A stretch of 64,000 nt of DNA from Octopus vulgaris (lineage: Eukaryota). Location: positions 54,560,001-54,624,000 of the forward strand of contig OX597832.1 of the NCBI GenBank assembly GCA_951406725.2, in the 5' to 3' direction. A model generated the notes under the pieces. The model was not told the origin of the DNA. It searched no databases and was given only the letters and a program-made list of their open reading frames with translations. Below, piece after piece: positions 28,159 to 43,608 of this stretch. The stretch's first letter is position 1. Each line of letters opens with the position of its first letter. Made by a program: the position numbers and the translations under genes.

Positions 28159-28788
28159 GGATGGATAGATGGATAGATAGATAGACAGACAGACAGAGCG
28201 GGAGAATGGAGGAAGAGAAAGAGAGAAATAGAGAAGAAGAGAGTGGGAGAGAGAGAAGAAGAGAAAGAGAGCGAGAGGCAATAAATATTAAAAAGTATTG
28301 ACATTAAAAGTGTTTGGAAGAGTGGTTGACGCATCAGCTGAGCGGCAATGAATTCACTTTAGTAGTCCGCCATGATGGTAAGCATGATGTATTTCAACCG
28401 AAGACATACGTGATTTTCTGTCAGTTGCAAGTGAACTATGCCTTGTTATTGCTGATCACGTGATTGTGATACATGTTCAAAAGTGTTATTTTTCCCAATG
28501 TAAAGAATTTGATCGCTTACCAGTTTTCGTTGCGACAAACTTGTCGTCAATCAATTTTGTTTAGCCACTGGGCAATCAATTTCTGGAAGATACGAGTATA
28601 GTCATGTGAGAAAACTTAGGCAAAAAAAGTGTCGATATAAAACTACTGAACAAATATCGACAATACGAGGAAAAAGTACAGACATAGCTCAATTTATGTT
28701 GCTCTGTGTTAAGACAAGTTTCGAGTTTACGTCGTTCTTTTTTTTTTTCTTAAAGAAATTAATGGAAAATATAAGCCTCAATTTCAGT

Positions 28789-29101
28789 GGAGGCGCAATG
28801 GCCCAGTGGTTAGGGCAGCGGTCTCGCGGTCGGAGGATCGCGGTTTCGATTCCCAGACTGGGCGTTGTGTGTATTTATTGAGCGAAAACACATAAAGCTC
28901 CACGAGGCTCCGGCAGGGGTTTGTGGCGATCCCTGTTGTACTCCTTCGCCTTCCTGTTTCTTGTCCCCGACTTCCTACGCAGCTGCTGAGCCTGGATGCG
29001 CATTCATCCATCCGTCGATGGTGTCGGGGGTTGACCTGCTTTCTCTTCTGCGGGTTTTATGAATAGCAAAGGACCACGGTTCGGACCGCTCAACAACAGC
29101 G
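28789..29101 (+). mobile_element. SINE-C (tail type 1) with TSD
   Basis: tRNA-like head ggaggcgcaatggcccagtggttagg...gtttcgattccc; TSD gcctcaa[t/c]ttcagt at 28775-28788 and 29102-29115. Confidence 0.85.
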
Positions 29102-29215
29102 GCCTCAACTTCAGTTGATTTATCTGATTTTGTATCGGTCTTACCAAATACATTTCGAAGTAAAAATACGTTACGTTTATGAATTTGTTGTGAAGCTGTG
29201 TGTTGAAACAGATAT

Positions 29216-29443
29216 TGTTATATTTTGGGACGGTCGTTTTTTACTTGCCAAATAAACACGCTCTATATATTCGTTCGTCACTTCTTTATTACTGTTCTTA
29301 TTCATTGTCTGGAAAGGTGTGTGACAAAAGATTTCATGACAAGAGACATAAAATAAGAACAACAATAAATCTGAAGAGAAGAACGACTAGAAGGTGCGTG
29401 TGTTTATTTGACAAGTAAAAAATGACCGTCCCGAAATATAACA
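29216..29443. mobile_element. MITE with ~45-bp TIRs and TGT...ACA ends
   Basis: tgttatattttgggacggtcgttttttacttgccaaataaacac pairs with gtgtttatttgacaagtaaaaaatgaccgtcccgaaatataaca. Confidence 0.8.
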
Positions 29444-29454
29444 GTGTAAATACG

Positions 29455-30311
29455 TTTTTTTTAAACCCTGAAAACGTGAAGTGAAAAACCAGATAGAACA
29501 TATGTGAAAATATTGCATCCGAACTACATGCTTCAGAAGTATGGGGCGTGGGTTCGGCATGCTTTAAGTGACCACAACAAAAATCAACGATCCACAATCT
29601 CCGCTGGTTTGCTTGCTTGTCACCGCTCAACTCATGGACACAAGCAACGATTTCTTTACCGAATCGTTGCTGGCGATGAAAAATGGTGCCTGAACATCAA
29701 TATGAAGCAGCGTAAGGAATGGCTTAGCCCCGATAAACAAGCAACACCGCGTGAAACAAAATATTCATCTACGTAAAACGATGTTGTGCGTATGGTGGGA
29801 CTGGGAAGGGATTATCCATTACGAATTGCTCGAACGGAACCAAACGGTCAACGTGGAACTCTTTGTTCAACAGATGGAACGACTCAACACGGCTATTCAA
29901 GAGAAAAGACCTAATCAGCAGCATGGAATTCTTCTGCTGCACAACAACCGCCCTCATATCGCCTATATGACCAAGGAAGTCATTTAAACACATGGCTGAA
30001 AAGTACTGCCACATCCGCCGTACTCTCCTGAATTGGCACCAAAGGATTTCCACCTCTTTCGATCTCTTTCAAATGCTCTGCGCGGAGTTTCGTTCAATAC
30101 TGATGCAGAATTGAGAGCTTGTTTGAATGAACTTTTCAAGTCGAAATCGGGTGATTTCTACCAACGGGGTAATGAAAATCTTGTTGAATGTTGGGAAGAA
30201 GTTGTAAACAACAAGGGTGAATACATTATTGATTAATTAGTTGTTATTTCTTATCAAACCTTTTAAAAATTTAAATTAAAAAAACGGCGGGAACTTAGTT
30301 GTCAACATAAT
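29455..30311 (+). pseudogene. Mariner DD34D transposase pseudogene with probable right TIR
   Basis: WVRHAL...IVAGDEKW...KTMLCVWWD...HPPYSPELAPKDFHLF across three frames; ends aaacggcgggaacttagttgtcaacataata. Confidence 0.93.
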
Positions 30312-30317
30312 ATATAT

Positions 30318-30590
30318 GTAGGTGGTGGTATCAAACGGTTCCTGACTAGTTATGTTTCGTAAAAAATAACTTATTACATCATCTCCTTCGAAATAATCAC
30401 TTTGCGCAGCAATACACCGGTTCTAAGTTTTCTGCTACTTTCGGAATCCGACCTGGAAGTCGTTTTCCGTAAGCGAGTCGAAGACCTTCTGCGATTCGCT
30501 CTGATTCTCGAAAACGGTGTTAAAACTGTGACTTTTGAGCTGTATTTTCCTCTTCGAGAAGAGGTGGAAGTATTGAGATCCACAGAGTAG
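30318..30590 (-). pseudogene. Second mariner C-terminal fragment with terminal sequence
   Basis: A minus-strand frame reads FHLFSKRKIQLKSHSF...DFQVGFRK*...RCIAAQSDYFEGD. Confidence 0.75.
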
Positions 30591-30782
30591 CAATAAGGAA
30601 TACGCATGTGTATTTAATTATATGGTGTGCGTATTTAAGTGTAAGTTCACGAGTATATACCCAGTTTTATGTGTTTGAATTTCGTTGAGTACAAGTTGCT
30701 TCTTTTAAAAGATGGTGAAAGTGTGAGAAAGCCTGTCTTGCTGAACAAGCTGCCATTACAAGTCAGTGATGTTGTTAGGCTT

Positions 30783-30865
<83 letters not shown>

Positions 30866-30959
30866 CTATCTCCTTTTTCTTCGACTCACCTCTTTCTTTC
30901 CATAAACACGGTAAACACTTCTTTTTATTAATTCAATTAACTTAAGCATGGAAAGAAAA

Positions 30960-30982
30960 TAATGACAACAACAACAACAACG

Positions 30983-31049
<67 letters not shown>

Positions 31050-31078
31050 TGATGATGATGATGATGATGATGATAATG

Positions 31079-31128
<50 letters not shown>

Positions 31129-31206
31129 CGCTGTAGTATTACATCGGCATCGACAATAACAACAACATCTACAACAACAATAGCAGTTGCAGTAGTAGCA
31201 GTAGTA

Positions 31207-31237
<31 letters not shown>

Positions 31238-31716
31238 CAGCAACAACAAAAATAACAGCCAATCAACAAGTTCGCCTGCTTCTCAGCTCACAAGCTCGAT
31301 CAAGCAAATAAGTTTTAAATAATAATATTAAGGATCAAAACATCACTACAGCCATGACTACCACCACCAACACCACTGCCACCGCTGCCGGCGCTACTCT
31401 GCCGGTGGCGCTGTCGCTGCCGCCGCTGCGCTGGCCCTGTTGCTGCCGCTGGCGCTAGTGCTGCCTCTGCTATCTCTGCTGCCGCTGCAGCCTCCCCTAC
31501 CACCACTGCTGCTACTACTATTACTACAATTACCACTACAATTATCACCACCACCAATACTACTACAACCACTACTACCATCACTACCATCACCACCACC
31601 ACCACCACCACTACCACACCATTTCCCCTCCACCATCACTACTACTACTACTATTACTACTACCACCACCACCACTACCACACCACTTCACCACTTCTCC
31701 ACCACCACCATCACTT

Positions 31717-31764
<48 letters not shown>

Positions 31765-31905
31765 TTACTACTACTATCACCACCACTACCACACCACTTC
31801 CCCTCCACCACCACCATCACCACAACTACTACTACTACTACTATCTATGTCACCCCCCACAAACAAGGACAACTACAACAACAACAACAACACCAACAAC
31901 AGCCA
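30960..31905. repeat. Compound trinucleotide tracts (TAA, GAT, CAG, CAC, TAC)
   Basis: Seen directly. Confidence 0.9.
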
Positions 31906-32540
31906 TAAGTGTAGTGTTTAGTTTCAGCAATAAACGTATATTTCCGGTTTTCATATTTCTCGGTGTTAAAGAACGTTCTGTTTAGACATTTAGAATTCAA
32001 ATAAAGATGAAATTAATTTTCACGACGGTTCCTTCATGCAAGCAATATATTAAATGCCAATAGATTTTTCAGTGGAAAATTCTGATGTTGCTTATGGCTA
32101 ACTTCCGGTAAATAATACAAAAAAGAAAAAAAAAAGAAAAAGAAATAGGCAGAACGCGTCAGTTAATAAAACTACCTCACCGGTTTGTAATGGCAGTTTA
32201 TTAGCTTATTAAGATTTTTTCCCTTTTAATATAAAACCTACTGGTCTCCTTACACACACACGCACACACACACAAGCACACATATATGTATGTGTGTTTG
32301 TGAGTGTGTGAGTGTGTCAGTGTGTTTGTGTATATGTATGTATATATATATATATAATACAAACATACATACATACGTACATAATATGAGTATATATGTA
32401 TTTATGTATATACATATTGATGTATGTATGTGTGTGTGTGTGTGCGCATGTATGTATATATATGTATGTATATACATATATGGGCAAATATATGTGTATA
32501 TACATATGTATGTATATATATGCATATATATGCATATGTA

Positions 32541-32629
<89 letters not shown>

Positions 32630-33269
32630 GTATATATATGTATATTCATATATATATGTATATATATATATATAATTTCTTTTTCTGGTTAATATTTCTG
32701 AACAACTAATAGGTTTTTATATTTTTATGAGAAAAAATGGGGAAAAGGAAAAAAAATGAATAAATAAAATATTTGTGAGAGATGAGAAAGAAAAAAAAGG
32801 GGGGGGGGAGAAATGAAGGAAAGCAAGCAAGACGGAAAAGAAAGAAAAGTAAGGGAAAGAAAGAGGGAGAGAGAGAGACAGAGAGAGAGAGAGCGAAAGA
32901 AGGAAACCATATTGAAATGAATAAGAAGGGAAGAGAGTTATGGCGGATTTGGAGCCATGACATAACGGAGCGTTTAATATAGAAGTATGGAGCTAATATT
33001 TTAGTGATACAGTTCCAATAAGGTTTGTTTGATGTTGCAATAACTGGAACAGAGCTGATATTTCCGTTATTCCCAGATCCGTTCACATTCCCCACTGACC
33101 TTGTAATCAACTGTTTTCAAGAGTTAGATTTTATGTAGTCGCAGGATTTGAAACAGCAACTCTGTGATCCAAATGTTCATTCGATAAAGTCATTCCCCCA
33201 ACATGTTTTTTTTTTTTTTAATATACTTTCAATTTTAACGAGTGAATAAATGTATTATTGCGTATATAT

Positions 33270-33614
33270 TTATTTATTTATTTATTTACTTATGCGCCCT
33301 TTTCAAGCCTAGCCAGGCTCATGGGCCCGGTTTCCCGGTTTGCCGGTTTCTGTGGCGTATTTGTTCCCCTCCCCAGCTGGACGGGACGCCAGTCCATCGC
33401 AGCGTTACCCAAGAAACAGGAAGAAAGAGTGAAAGTTGGGGCGAAAGAGTGAAAGTTGGGGCGAAAGAGTACAATAGGGGTCGCCACCACCCCCTGCCGG
33501 AGCCTCGTGGAGTTTTTAAGTGTTTTCGCTCAATAAAGACGCATAACGCCCGGTCTGGGAATCAAAACCGCGATCCTCCGACCGCGAGTCCGCTGCCCTA
33601 ACCACTGGGCCAAA
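33270..33614 (-). mobile_element. SINE-C (tail type 2) with TSD
   Basis: Same head as 28789; tail contains ctgcgatggactggcgtcccgtccag and ends in (TAAA)n; TSD tgcgtatatat at 33259-33269 and 33615-33625. Confidence 0.85.
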
Positions 33615-34049
33615 TGCGTATATATGATACACCTAAATACACAAAGACTGTATGTATGTATGTATGCATGTATGTATGTATGTATGTATGTATGTATATA
33701 TGTATGTGTGTATGTATGTATGTATGTATGTATGTATGTATGTATGTATGTATGTATGTATGTATGTATGTATGTATGTATGTATGTATGTATGTATGTA
33801 TGTATGTATGTATGTATGTATGTATGTATGTATGTATGTATTTAATTATGTATTTATGTATTCATGTATATGTGCATAAGGATAACCTTATAACACGTTT
33901 GTGAAAAGCTGAAAACATCGAAAAGCGCTCACACCAAAGTTTCCTTCCATCAGGTAAGTGTTAATCCGATATTCAAATAAATACTTAATTACATAATAAT
34001 TTTCCAGAAAATCTCATCAAAAATGCATACATACATACATACATGTATA

Positions 34050-34468
34050 TACTCTTTACTCTCTCCTTTACTCTTTTACTTGTTTCAGTCCTTTGACTGC
34101 GGCCATGCTGGAGCACCGCCTTTAGTCGAGCAAATCGACCCCAGGACTTATTCTTTGTAAGCCCAGTACTTATTCTATCGGTCTCTTTTGCCGAACCGCT
34201 AAGTGACGGTGACGTAAACACACCAGCATCGGTTGTCAAGCAATTCTAGGGGGACAAACATACACACAAACATACACACACACATATATATATATACATA
34301 TACACGACGGAGCTTCTTTCAGTTTCCGTCTACCAAATCCACTCACAAGGCTTTGGTCGGCCCGAGGCTATAGGAGAAGACACTTGCCCAAGATGCCACG
34401 CAGTGGGACTGAACCCATAACCATGTGGTTGGTAAGCAAGCTACTTACCACACAGCCACTCCTGCGCC
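34050..34468 (-). mobile_element. SINE-A, full length
   Basis: Head, core, internal microsatellite and tail all present. Confidence 0.93.
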
Positions 34469-34494
34469 TGTGCGTATGTTTATATGTGTTTGCT

Positions 34495-34530
<36 letters not shown>

Positions 34531-35271
34531 TTTGTGTGTGTTTGTGTGTGTGTGTGTTTGAATATTTGTCTTATTGTTAATTTATATTCTTTCATATAGA
34601 ATTTTTTAAAAGTAGGATTTCTAATATCGAATTTCTTCCTCTACCTAAAAAAAAAATCCCCCTTTGGGCGTAACACAAAACATTTGCAAGCGGTAATATT
34701 CAAGTTTACAAGCAATAAAATCATGTTTTATTAGGCTACATAATGTGCCTCAAGTACTATAATTCGAAATTAGCACCAGACAAAGTGTTATCCTGCTGTA
34801 ACAGTTGAATTAACAACACAAAACAATTGTAATAAGCTGGGCGCTAAAAGTTAAAGAAAGCACCCAAAAAAATAAAAAAAATTAAAAGACGCACATTGAC
34901 AAAGAAATATTCCATCTAAAAGTGAATGTAAATTATGTTCTCAGTAAGGAGACCACAATTTTCGGCACCTAGGGAGCTGCAATTATACTCAGTAACATAG
35001 CGTGTGAAGAAGATGAAATGTTATGTAACTTTCCTGAAACCGGTTCGTTTTAATTCCTGATAGAATAACGAAAAACATCGTATGTCTGTAAGCTCTGCAA
35101 GAAAACCATTTAGGATATGCAATAGTTTAAAAATATGATTCATGTAGAGTAAATATGTAATTAATACAGTTTCCCTCCTTTCTCGACCTATTTATTTCTG
35201 TCTGTCTGTCTAGCCGTCTGTCTGTCTAGCCGTCTGTCTATCTATCTGTCTCTGTCTATCCGTCGGTCTTT

Positions 35272-35304
35272 CCCTCTTGGTAGACAGAAATTGAAAGAAT
35301 ACCA

Positions 35305-35371
<67 letters not shown>

Positions 35372-35555
35372 CGTGCCTGTATCTTTGTGTCTGTGGTTGT
35401 CTCCAACTACCACTTGACAACCGGTTTGCTTACGTTTCTGTAACTTAGCGGTTTGGCAAAAGAGTCCGATAGAATAAAAATTCTTCAAGGCGGTATCCCA
35501 GCATGGCCGCAGTCTATTGATTAAAACATGTTAAAGATAGAAGATAAAGATAAAG
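35272..35555 (+). mobile_element. SINE-A, diverged and 5'-truncated
   Basis: Match to the SINE-A 3' two-thirds. Confidence 0.75.
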
Positions 35556-35600
35556 GATTGGTATGTATACATTTATGGATGTTTATATATGTACATATAT

Positions 35601-35657
<57 letters not shown>

Positions 35658-35887
35658 TTTATACATATATACACATTTATACATATATACATATATGTAT
35701 AAATGTATACATATATGTATATATATATATATACACACATATATATATTCATTTATACATATATACATATATATATATATATACATATACCTATATATAT
35801 GTGTATATATATTTATACATGCATATATATATAAATATATATATGTATATATATGTTTATATATATATATATAGGTATTTATATATA

Positions 35888-35918
<31 letters not shown>

Positions 35919-35925
35919 GTATAGG

Positions 35926-35998
<73 letters not shown>

Positions 35999-36199
35999 AT
36001 ATACACACACACACTCTTACCCACGCATGTATTTAAATGGATTAGATAAGTAATCTTATATTTGTCAACAATTAATATTCTTTATTAAATTATTTTATTT
36101 ATATATTTTTTTAAAGTTGTTTTATTAAATCGTTACATTACGGTATACATTACGTTACAGATTTACGTTATTTTCAATTAAATTCAAAATTACAGCGTA

Positions 36200-36247
<48 letters not shown>

Positions 36248-36564
36248 GTTCACACAAACACAGAGGCATGCACACACACACATATATAGTTTCAGAAATC
36301 TACCCTTATACTTCCTTTTGCGCCCACATACCCACACACCCGATCTAGCTCCAAGTATCTTCTCTAACAAGTTTTAACTCACTTTAACGAAACATTCATT
36401 AATATAGCTTCACCTTTCAAAACTACTCCCATTAGTTTCAGGTGCGTATATATATATATAAATACGTGTATGTGTGTATATACATATGTGTATATATGCG
36501 CGCGTGTGTCTACATATGTGTGTGTACATAAATATGTATATATATGCATGTATATATATATATT

Positions 36565-36595
<31 letters not shown>

Positions 36596-36615
36596 GTATA
36601 TATATATATGTATGT

Positions 36616-36670
<55 letters not shown>

Positions 36671-37049
36671 CATACACATATATGTGTGTGTGTGAATATA
36701 TTACGGTATGTATTCCACTAACGTTTCTCTCTGAAGAATATTGAGTCCTAACACCAGATTATTGGCATCGCTATGCCTAAGCAAATATTAAAATATGCAA
36801 GTATACGCGTGTATATACGCTAGTGTATGTGTGTGTGTGCCTGTGTGTGACTCTGTGTGTGTTTAGAAGATGTCTTAATGCATCCTTATTATGATAACAT
36901 AGCAATTTAACTTAATTGATTTTAATAAAAATTTTCATAACCTAAACAGAATCTTTTTGAATCTTTCACCATTTTTAAACGTGTAAACATTTTTCAGTAA
37001 TCTATCTCACCTTCTTAATCTCAGTTAATTGTTTTTTTTTTTTCACTAT

Positions 37050-37270
37050 GTACCTTTACCGTAAAGCATTTATACTGATCCTGTCCACCTTGTTTCAGGT
37101 TCGAACCGCCAAAAATCCAGCCTCTCACACCTATCCTACAATGTCGTTCTAAGTATACAAAATCACGTTACCAAAACGTCGACGCTGCAGAATTAGACAT
37201 GATGTAACTAAAAACGACGTCAATAAATAAAGATTACATTTGACAGCGTAACCTGAGAGCTAAAAGTTTC
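37050..37270. mobile_element. Decayed MITE, possibly piggyBac-type
   Basis: Resembles, from memory, an abundant octopus repeat (ccagcctctcacaccta.cctacaatgtc...ttacatttgacag); termini are decayed. Confidence 0.4.
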
Positions 37271-37470
37271 GTACTTTATTCCACGAACTCAATACATATG
37301 TGCTTCAGAACGAAGCGTTATTTGAGTACAGAGCAGTAATAAGAAAATGAGATGACAAAGGATTAAGGAATTGTCTTATGAACTCCATTAACTAACAGCC
37401 GTTTCTGCTATAAAATGCGGTGGACTCATAATTGATAGGAGTTTGCTTTCTCATTGGGGTAGTTTTTCTC

Positions 37471-37513
<43 letters not shown>

Positions 37514-37576
37514 TAAATGTAATTCTTTTCCTAATAAAGTGCCCGTCATATTCGAGGCTCCGATGAAGCTATAAGC

Positions 37577-37680
<104 letters not shown>

Positions 37681-37889
37681 CACACACGCAGAGGCACACA
37701 TAGATACACACTCACATGCACACACACACATATATAAATATAGTTTCAGAAATCTACCCTTATCCTTCGGTTTCTACCCACATACCCACACATAGTTGCA
37801 GCTATGAGCCCACTGCAACTTATAGCAGACACAGCTGTAAGCTAACGAAATTCATTAGATAATCATTTATTTCTTTGTTATGTCATTTT

Positions 37890-37941
<52 letters not shown>

Positions 37942-38240
37942 TAGGGGGGGGGGAGGGGGAGAATTCACAAAAAAAAACAAAAGACGAAGACAGGTTGTCT
38001 AGACAACAAACAGATGTATTAGTATAACGCTCGGGAGGGGAAAAAGCCTTTAACGTCTCGAGTCTACACTCTTCCACAGAAAGGAACACAAAATGAAACA
38101 AGGAGAAAAAATAAAGAATGTGTAGTGGCTAGAGATCTATCATGGCGAATGCCGGACAGAAGGGTCACACTGGAGAGCTAGGGAGAAGGGGAGATAATAA
38201 AGTAGTGGTGATCCCAAAACGAAGGTGCGCGTGCGTGTGT
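37942..38240 (-). mobile_element. HH-U6 repeat, copy 3 (longest)
   Basis: cttt-CTGTGGA-a-gagt-gtag-actc-GAGA-c-GTT-aaag at 38048-38083 on the minus strand. Confidence 0.8.
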
Positions 38241-38424
38241 ATAAGAGAGCTACTTCGCTTGTTGCAAGATCAGTGACTGAATGTCGCTTGGTTTTCCATA
38301 TATATTGCAAGCCGGAACGAATTCTTGCTATTTCTAGCGGCCGAGTGTTCATCACTGATGATGGGCACAAACATCCGGCTCTTTCTCTATTGGCAAAGAA
38401 ATCATGAAATAATACTGAATAATG

Positions 38425-38551
38425 ACATACATACATACATACATACATACATACATACATACATACATACATACATACATACACACACATACACATACAT
38501 ACATACATACATACATACATACATACATACATACATACATACATACATACA

Positions 38552-38585
<34 letters not shown>

Positions 38586-38979
38586 CATACATAGATTCAT
38601 ACATACATACATACATACATACAGGCATGCATGCATACATACATACATACATACATACATAGATACATACATACATACATACATATATACATACATACAT
38701 ACATACATATATACATACATACATACATGCATACATACATACATACATACATACATACATACACACATACATACATACATACATACATACACACATACAT
38801 ACACACATACATACATACAAACATACATACATACATACATACAAACATACATACATACATACATACATATATACATACATACATACATATATACATACAT
38901 ACATACATACATACACACACACATACACACATACATACATACAAACATACATACATACATACATACAAACATACATACA

Positions 38980-39013
<34 letters not shown>

Positions 39014-39137
39014 CATACATACATACATACATACATACATACATACAAAATATACATACATACATACATACATACATTCATACATACATACATACATACA
39101 TACATACATACATACATACATACATACATACATACAT
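38425..39137. repeat. (TACA)n tetranucleotide array, ~700 bp
   Basis: Seen directly. Confidence 0.97.
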
Positions 39138-39249
39138 GCATATGACTGGTGTGATGGTGGTCACTCGTAATCGGAGAAAGACATCTCGGCAATTTCTTGC
39201 TGAACAGCGTGCGCGAATGATCGCTTTCTAGTGATTAAAGGTATGTGCT

Positions 39250-39432
39250 GTACGTTAAGCCCATTCCGTCCATCAAATCAACGTTGCCTGAACAGGTGAA
39301 CGGTGTACCACACGTGAGGTAGCGGAGTGATCGAAAATAAACGTGAGATGAAGCGTTTTAGTGAAGAACACAACGTATCACTTGGTCCGGGAATCGAAAC
39401 CATAGTCTCACGATCAAGCGTGCAATGACCAC
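39250..39432 (-). mobile_element. Old SINE-D-like copy
   Basis: Head with gtttcgattcccggacc...ttgtgttcttcactaaaacgcttcat. Confidence 0.6.
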
Positions 39433-39487
39433 CCACCCTCACATATATGCATATACATACATATAATAATGTATGTATGTATGTATG

Positions 39488-39521
<34 letters not shown>

Positions 39522-39533
39522 TGTATGTATGTA

Positions 39534-40170
<637 letters not shown>

Positions 40171-40192
40171 TTAGGCACATATAATTATGTAT

Positions 40193-40251
<59 letters not shown>

Positions 40252-40253
<2 letters not shown>

Positions 40254-40420
40254 GTTGAAATTTATAGAAAAACAAAAGACGAAGTCAGGTGTATAAACAG
40301 CAAACAGGTGTGTTAGTTTAACGCGCGGGAAGGTGAGAAAGTCTTTTATGTTTCGAGCCTACGCTCTTCAACAGAAAGGAACACGAGGAAATAAACAGAG
40401 AGAGAATTAAAAAGAAAAAC
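40252..40420 (-). mobile_element. HH-U6 repeat, copy 4
   Basis: cttt-CTGTTGA-a-gagc-gtag-gctc-GAAA-c-ATA-aaag at 40343-40378 on the minus strand. Confidence 0.8.
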
Positions 40421-40565
40421 TTCATATGTATGTATGTAATGTATGTATATATGCATGTATGTATAAATATGTGGTGTGGATGAAAACCAGCACATACAAA
40501 CAGAAGTACTTTGCGGTAGTGAAGTGTTATCTATCTATCTATCTACCTATCTATCTATCTATCTG

Positions 40566-40875
40566 TCTATGAACCCTGGAAAATTTAAAACAGAGAGTCA
40601 CTTGCAAATAAATGTGTTAACGTGTGACATTATTGACTGAGGTTACCGTGGTCTTTCCGTAGGCTTTTCTTTCCACGGATAAACCATATCTGTTTTCCCC
40701 TTTACAATTTACATCATGACATTTCTGTGATACACGATCCCTATTGATCGTTTTTTTTTTTTACCATCTCTTTTGATCGAAAACCTATCCCCCCTTTCTT
40801 TCTCCCCCAAAAGAAAAGCTCTACTTTGTAATTTGTCCCCTCTGTGTTCAGCCCTGTGTGGCTAATAAAGAAACA

Positions 40876-40876
<1 letters not shown>
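40566..40876 (+). mobile_element. Putative Tx1/L1-clade LINE 3' UTR in (TATC)n, copy 1
   Basis: Homologous to 41041-41416; ends gccctgtgtggctaataaagaaaca followed by (TATC)n; TATC repeats also upstream. Confidence 0.6.
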
Positions 40877-40951
<75 letters not shown>

Positions 40952-40979
40952 AACCTACCTACATAAAAAAAAAAAAAAA

Positions 40980-41416
40980 AAAGATGGGTGAATGTAGCAA
41001 GAATGGCACGTATGAATGACGAAGCCACCTTGAGCATGATCCTATGAACCCAGAAATTGAAAACAGAGAGTTGCTTATTCGCAAAAAAAAAAAAAAAAGA
41101 AATATAACATGTGACTCCATTGACCGAGGTTACCGTGGTCTTTTCCGTAGGCTTTTCTTTCCACGGGTAAACCTAACCTGTCCTCCCCTTTACACTTCAT
41201 ATTGACATTTCTGTGATAACGATCCCTATTGATCAATTTTTTTCCTCTCCCCCTTTTTTTAACCCCCCTTTTTTTTGTCCTCTTTCTCTCCTTTTACGAT
41301 CCCTTTTGATCGAAACTCCCCCTTCCTTTTTTTTTTTTTAAACCTTCAAAAGAAAAGCTCTACCTTGAAATTTGTTCTATCTGTGTGCAGCCCTGTGTGG
41401 CTAATAAAGAAACATA
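40980..41416 (+). mobile_element. Putative Tx1/L1-clade LINE 3' end in (TATC)n, copy 2
   Basis: Short ORF end KRWVNVARMARMNDEATLSMIL* followed by the same UTR and the same 3' junction into (TATC)n. Confidence 0.6.
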
Positions 41417-41431
41417 TCTATTTATCTATCA

Positions 41432-41504
<73 letters not shown>

Positions 41505-42208
41505 GCTATATATCTACATATCTATCTCTCTATCTACCTGCCTGTCTACTCGGCTGTTTATTCCCTGTAGTACCTACTTACTAATCTAGCTACGTACATT
41601 TATGTATAGCCATGTTAAGTGAAACGCTAATTTGATTATACGCGCATACATGTATTCTAGCTTATCCGGATAAACCTATAGCTTGATTGATGGATAGATA
41701 CAACGATTGGATGAAGAATTCAATTTAAAGTGACGCCGCTATGCCAATTCTAATCTATTTATTCTACGGTATTTATCTGCTCAGCAGAAAGGCATTTGTG
41801 GAAAATATCGTTTATCATTTAATGAGATTCAATGGATGAAATCGTATCTAAAAATGTTTGCGATTTTTGCGCCAAGCTGCACAGCAGTTGTCTGAAGAGT
41901 TATGTCTAAATTTATCCGATCTGATAATCTTTATTACATGCTATAAACTCAAGAAATTGTTACCAAACGAAAGCACCAACTAGACAAAGACTTTTTAAAT
42001 TGGATCTTTTAAATTCACTTTGTTTCATTCAAATAACCGCCATTCTCAATCGACTCTCCTCTCCTCTCCTCTCTTTGATTTTTCCTCTCTCACTCTCCCA
42101 CTCTCTCCCATTCTCTCCCTCCTTCTGTTTCTCGCTTTCTTTTGTGTACCTCCTGCTTCCCCCTACACCTCCGCTTTACCTTCTTTCCCCCCTCTCTGAC
42201 CCTCTATT

Positions 42209-42257
<49 letters not shown>

Positions 42258-42304
42258 TATACACCTACCTACATACTTACCTACCTACATATGTATGTAT
42301 TATG

Positions 42305-42382
<78 letters not shown>

Positions 42383-42555
42383 CATACGTATGTTTATATA
42401 TATTTGTATATATCTTTTATGTATGTATATATGTATGCATGTATATATATATATATATATTCGAATATTTATATGAATAAATATATGTGTATATACATAT
42501 GCATATATATGTATATGTATACACAGACGCATATATATTTGCAAAAATATGTACT

Positions 42556-42588
<33 letters not shown>

Positions 42589-42824
42589 GTATATATGTGT
42601 ATGTATGTATGTATGTATGTATGCATGTATGCTTATGTATCTGTGTGTATAAGTGGTTGCATAATTCTCTGCTTATATGGTCTTGCGCACGCACGTCCGT
42701 CTGTGCGCGTGTATGGACGTGCGTATGTGCGTATATACGAAAAGCAATTTTGTAGTCATGCTATCCTCTGTAAGTATCCCGCACATTTGCCTCTTAAGCA
42801 AAATTAAACACATGCAAATATGAA

Positions 42825-43608
42825 TATTCTTTTCTACTCTAGGCTCAAGGCCCGAAATTTTGGGGGAGCGGAGGCAGTCAATTAGATCGACACCAATACG
42901 CAACTGGTACTTAAAGTATCGAGCCCAAAACATGAAAGGCAAAGTCGAGCTCGGCTAAGCATTTCGCCCGCCGTGCTAACGTTTCTTATTTCTTTACTGC
43001 CCACAAGGGGCTACACACAGAGGGGGCAAACAAGAACAGACAAACGGATTAAGTCGATTACATCGACCCTAGTGCGTAACTGGTACTTAATTTATCGACC
43101 CCGAAAGGATGAAAAGCAAAGTCGACCTCAGCAGAATTTGAACTCAGAACATGAAGACAGACGAAAAACCGCTAAGCATTTCGCCCGGCGTGCTAACGTT
43201 TCTGCCAGCTCGCCGCCTTTAATATTCTTTTCTACTTTAGGAGCAAGGCCCGAAATTTTTAAGGTAGGGCGCCAGTTGATTAGATCGGCCCCAATACGCA
43301 ACTGATACTTAATTTATCAACCCCGAAAGGACGAAAAGCAAAGTCGACCTCGGCGGAATTCGAACTCATGACGTAAAGACAGACGAAACACCGCTAAGCC
43401 TTTCGCCTGGCGTGCTAACGTTTCTAATTTCTTTATTGCCCACAAGGGGCTAAACATAGAGGGGACAAACAAGGACAGACAAACGGATTAAGTCGATTAC
43501 ATCGACCCCAGTGCGTAACTGGTACTTAATTTATCGACACCGGAAGGATGAAAGGCAAAGTCGACCTCGGTTGAATTTGAACTCAGAACGTAACGGCAGA
43601 CGAAATAC
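42825..43608 (-). mobile_element. Cluster of four SINE-B units with two alternating tail variants
   Basis: Four bodies, with tails alternating between cct..agtagaaaagaata and ccttgtgggca.taaagaaat. Confidence 0.85.

Noticed and set aside
28789-28865. tRNA-like sequences here and at other SINE heads
   Set aside because: They have A/B boxes but no clean cloverleaf and run directly into SINE bodies.
32161-32207. Imperfect hairpin containing a let-7 seed match (actacctca)
   Set aside because: It is only ~47 nt with no basal stem, and the rest does not match let-7; the AT-rich arms pair easily by chance.
33880-33959. Perfect splice donor CAG|GTAAGT at 33951-33959
   Set aside because: Stops in all three frames in the 74 nt upstream and no good acceptor; a non-coding exon cannot be excluded.
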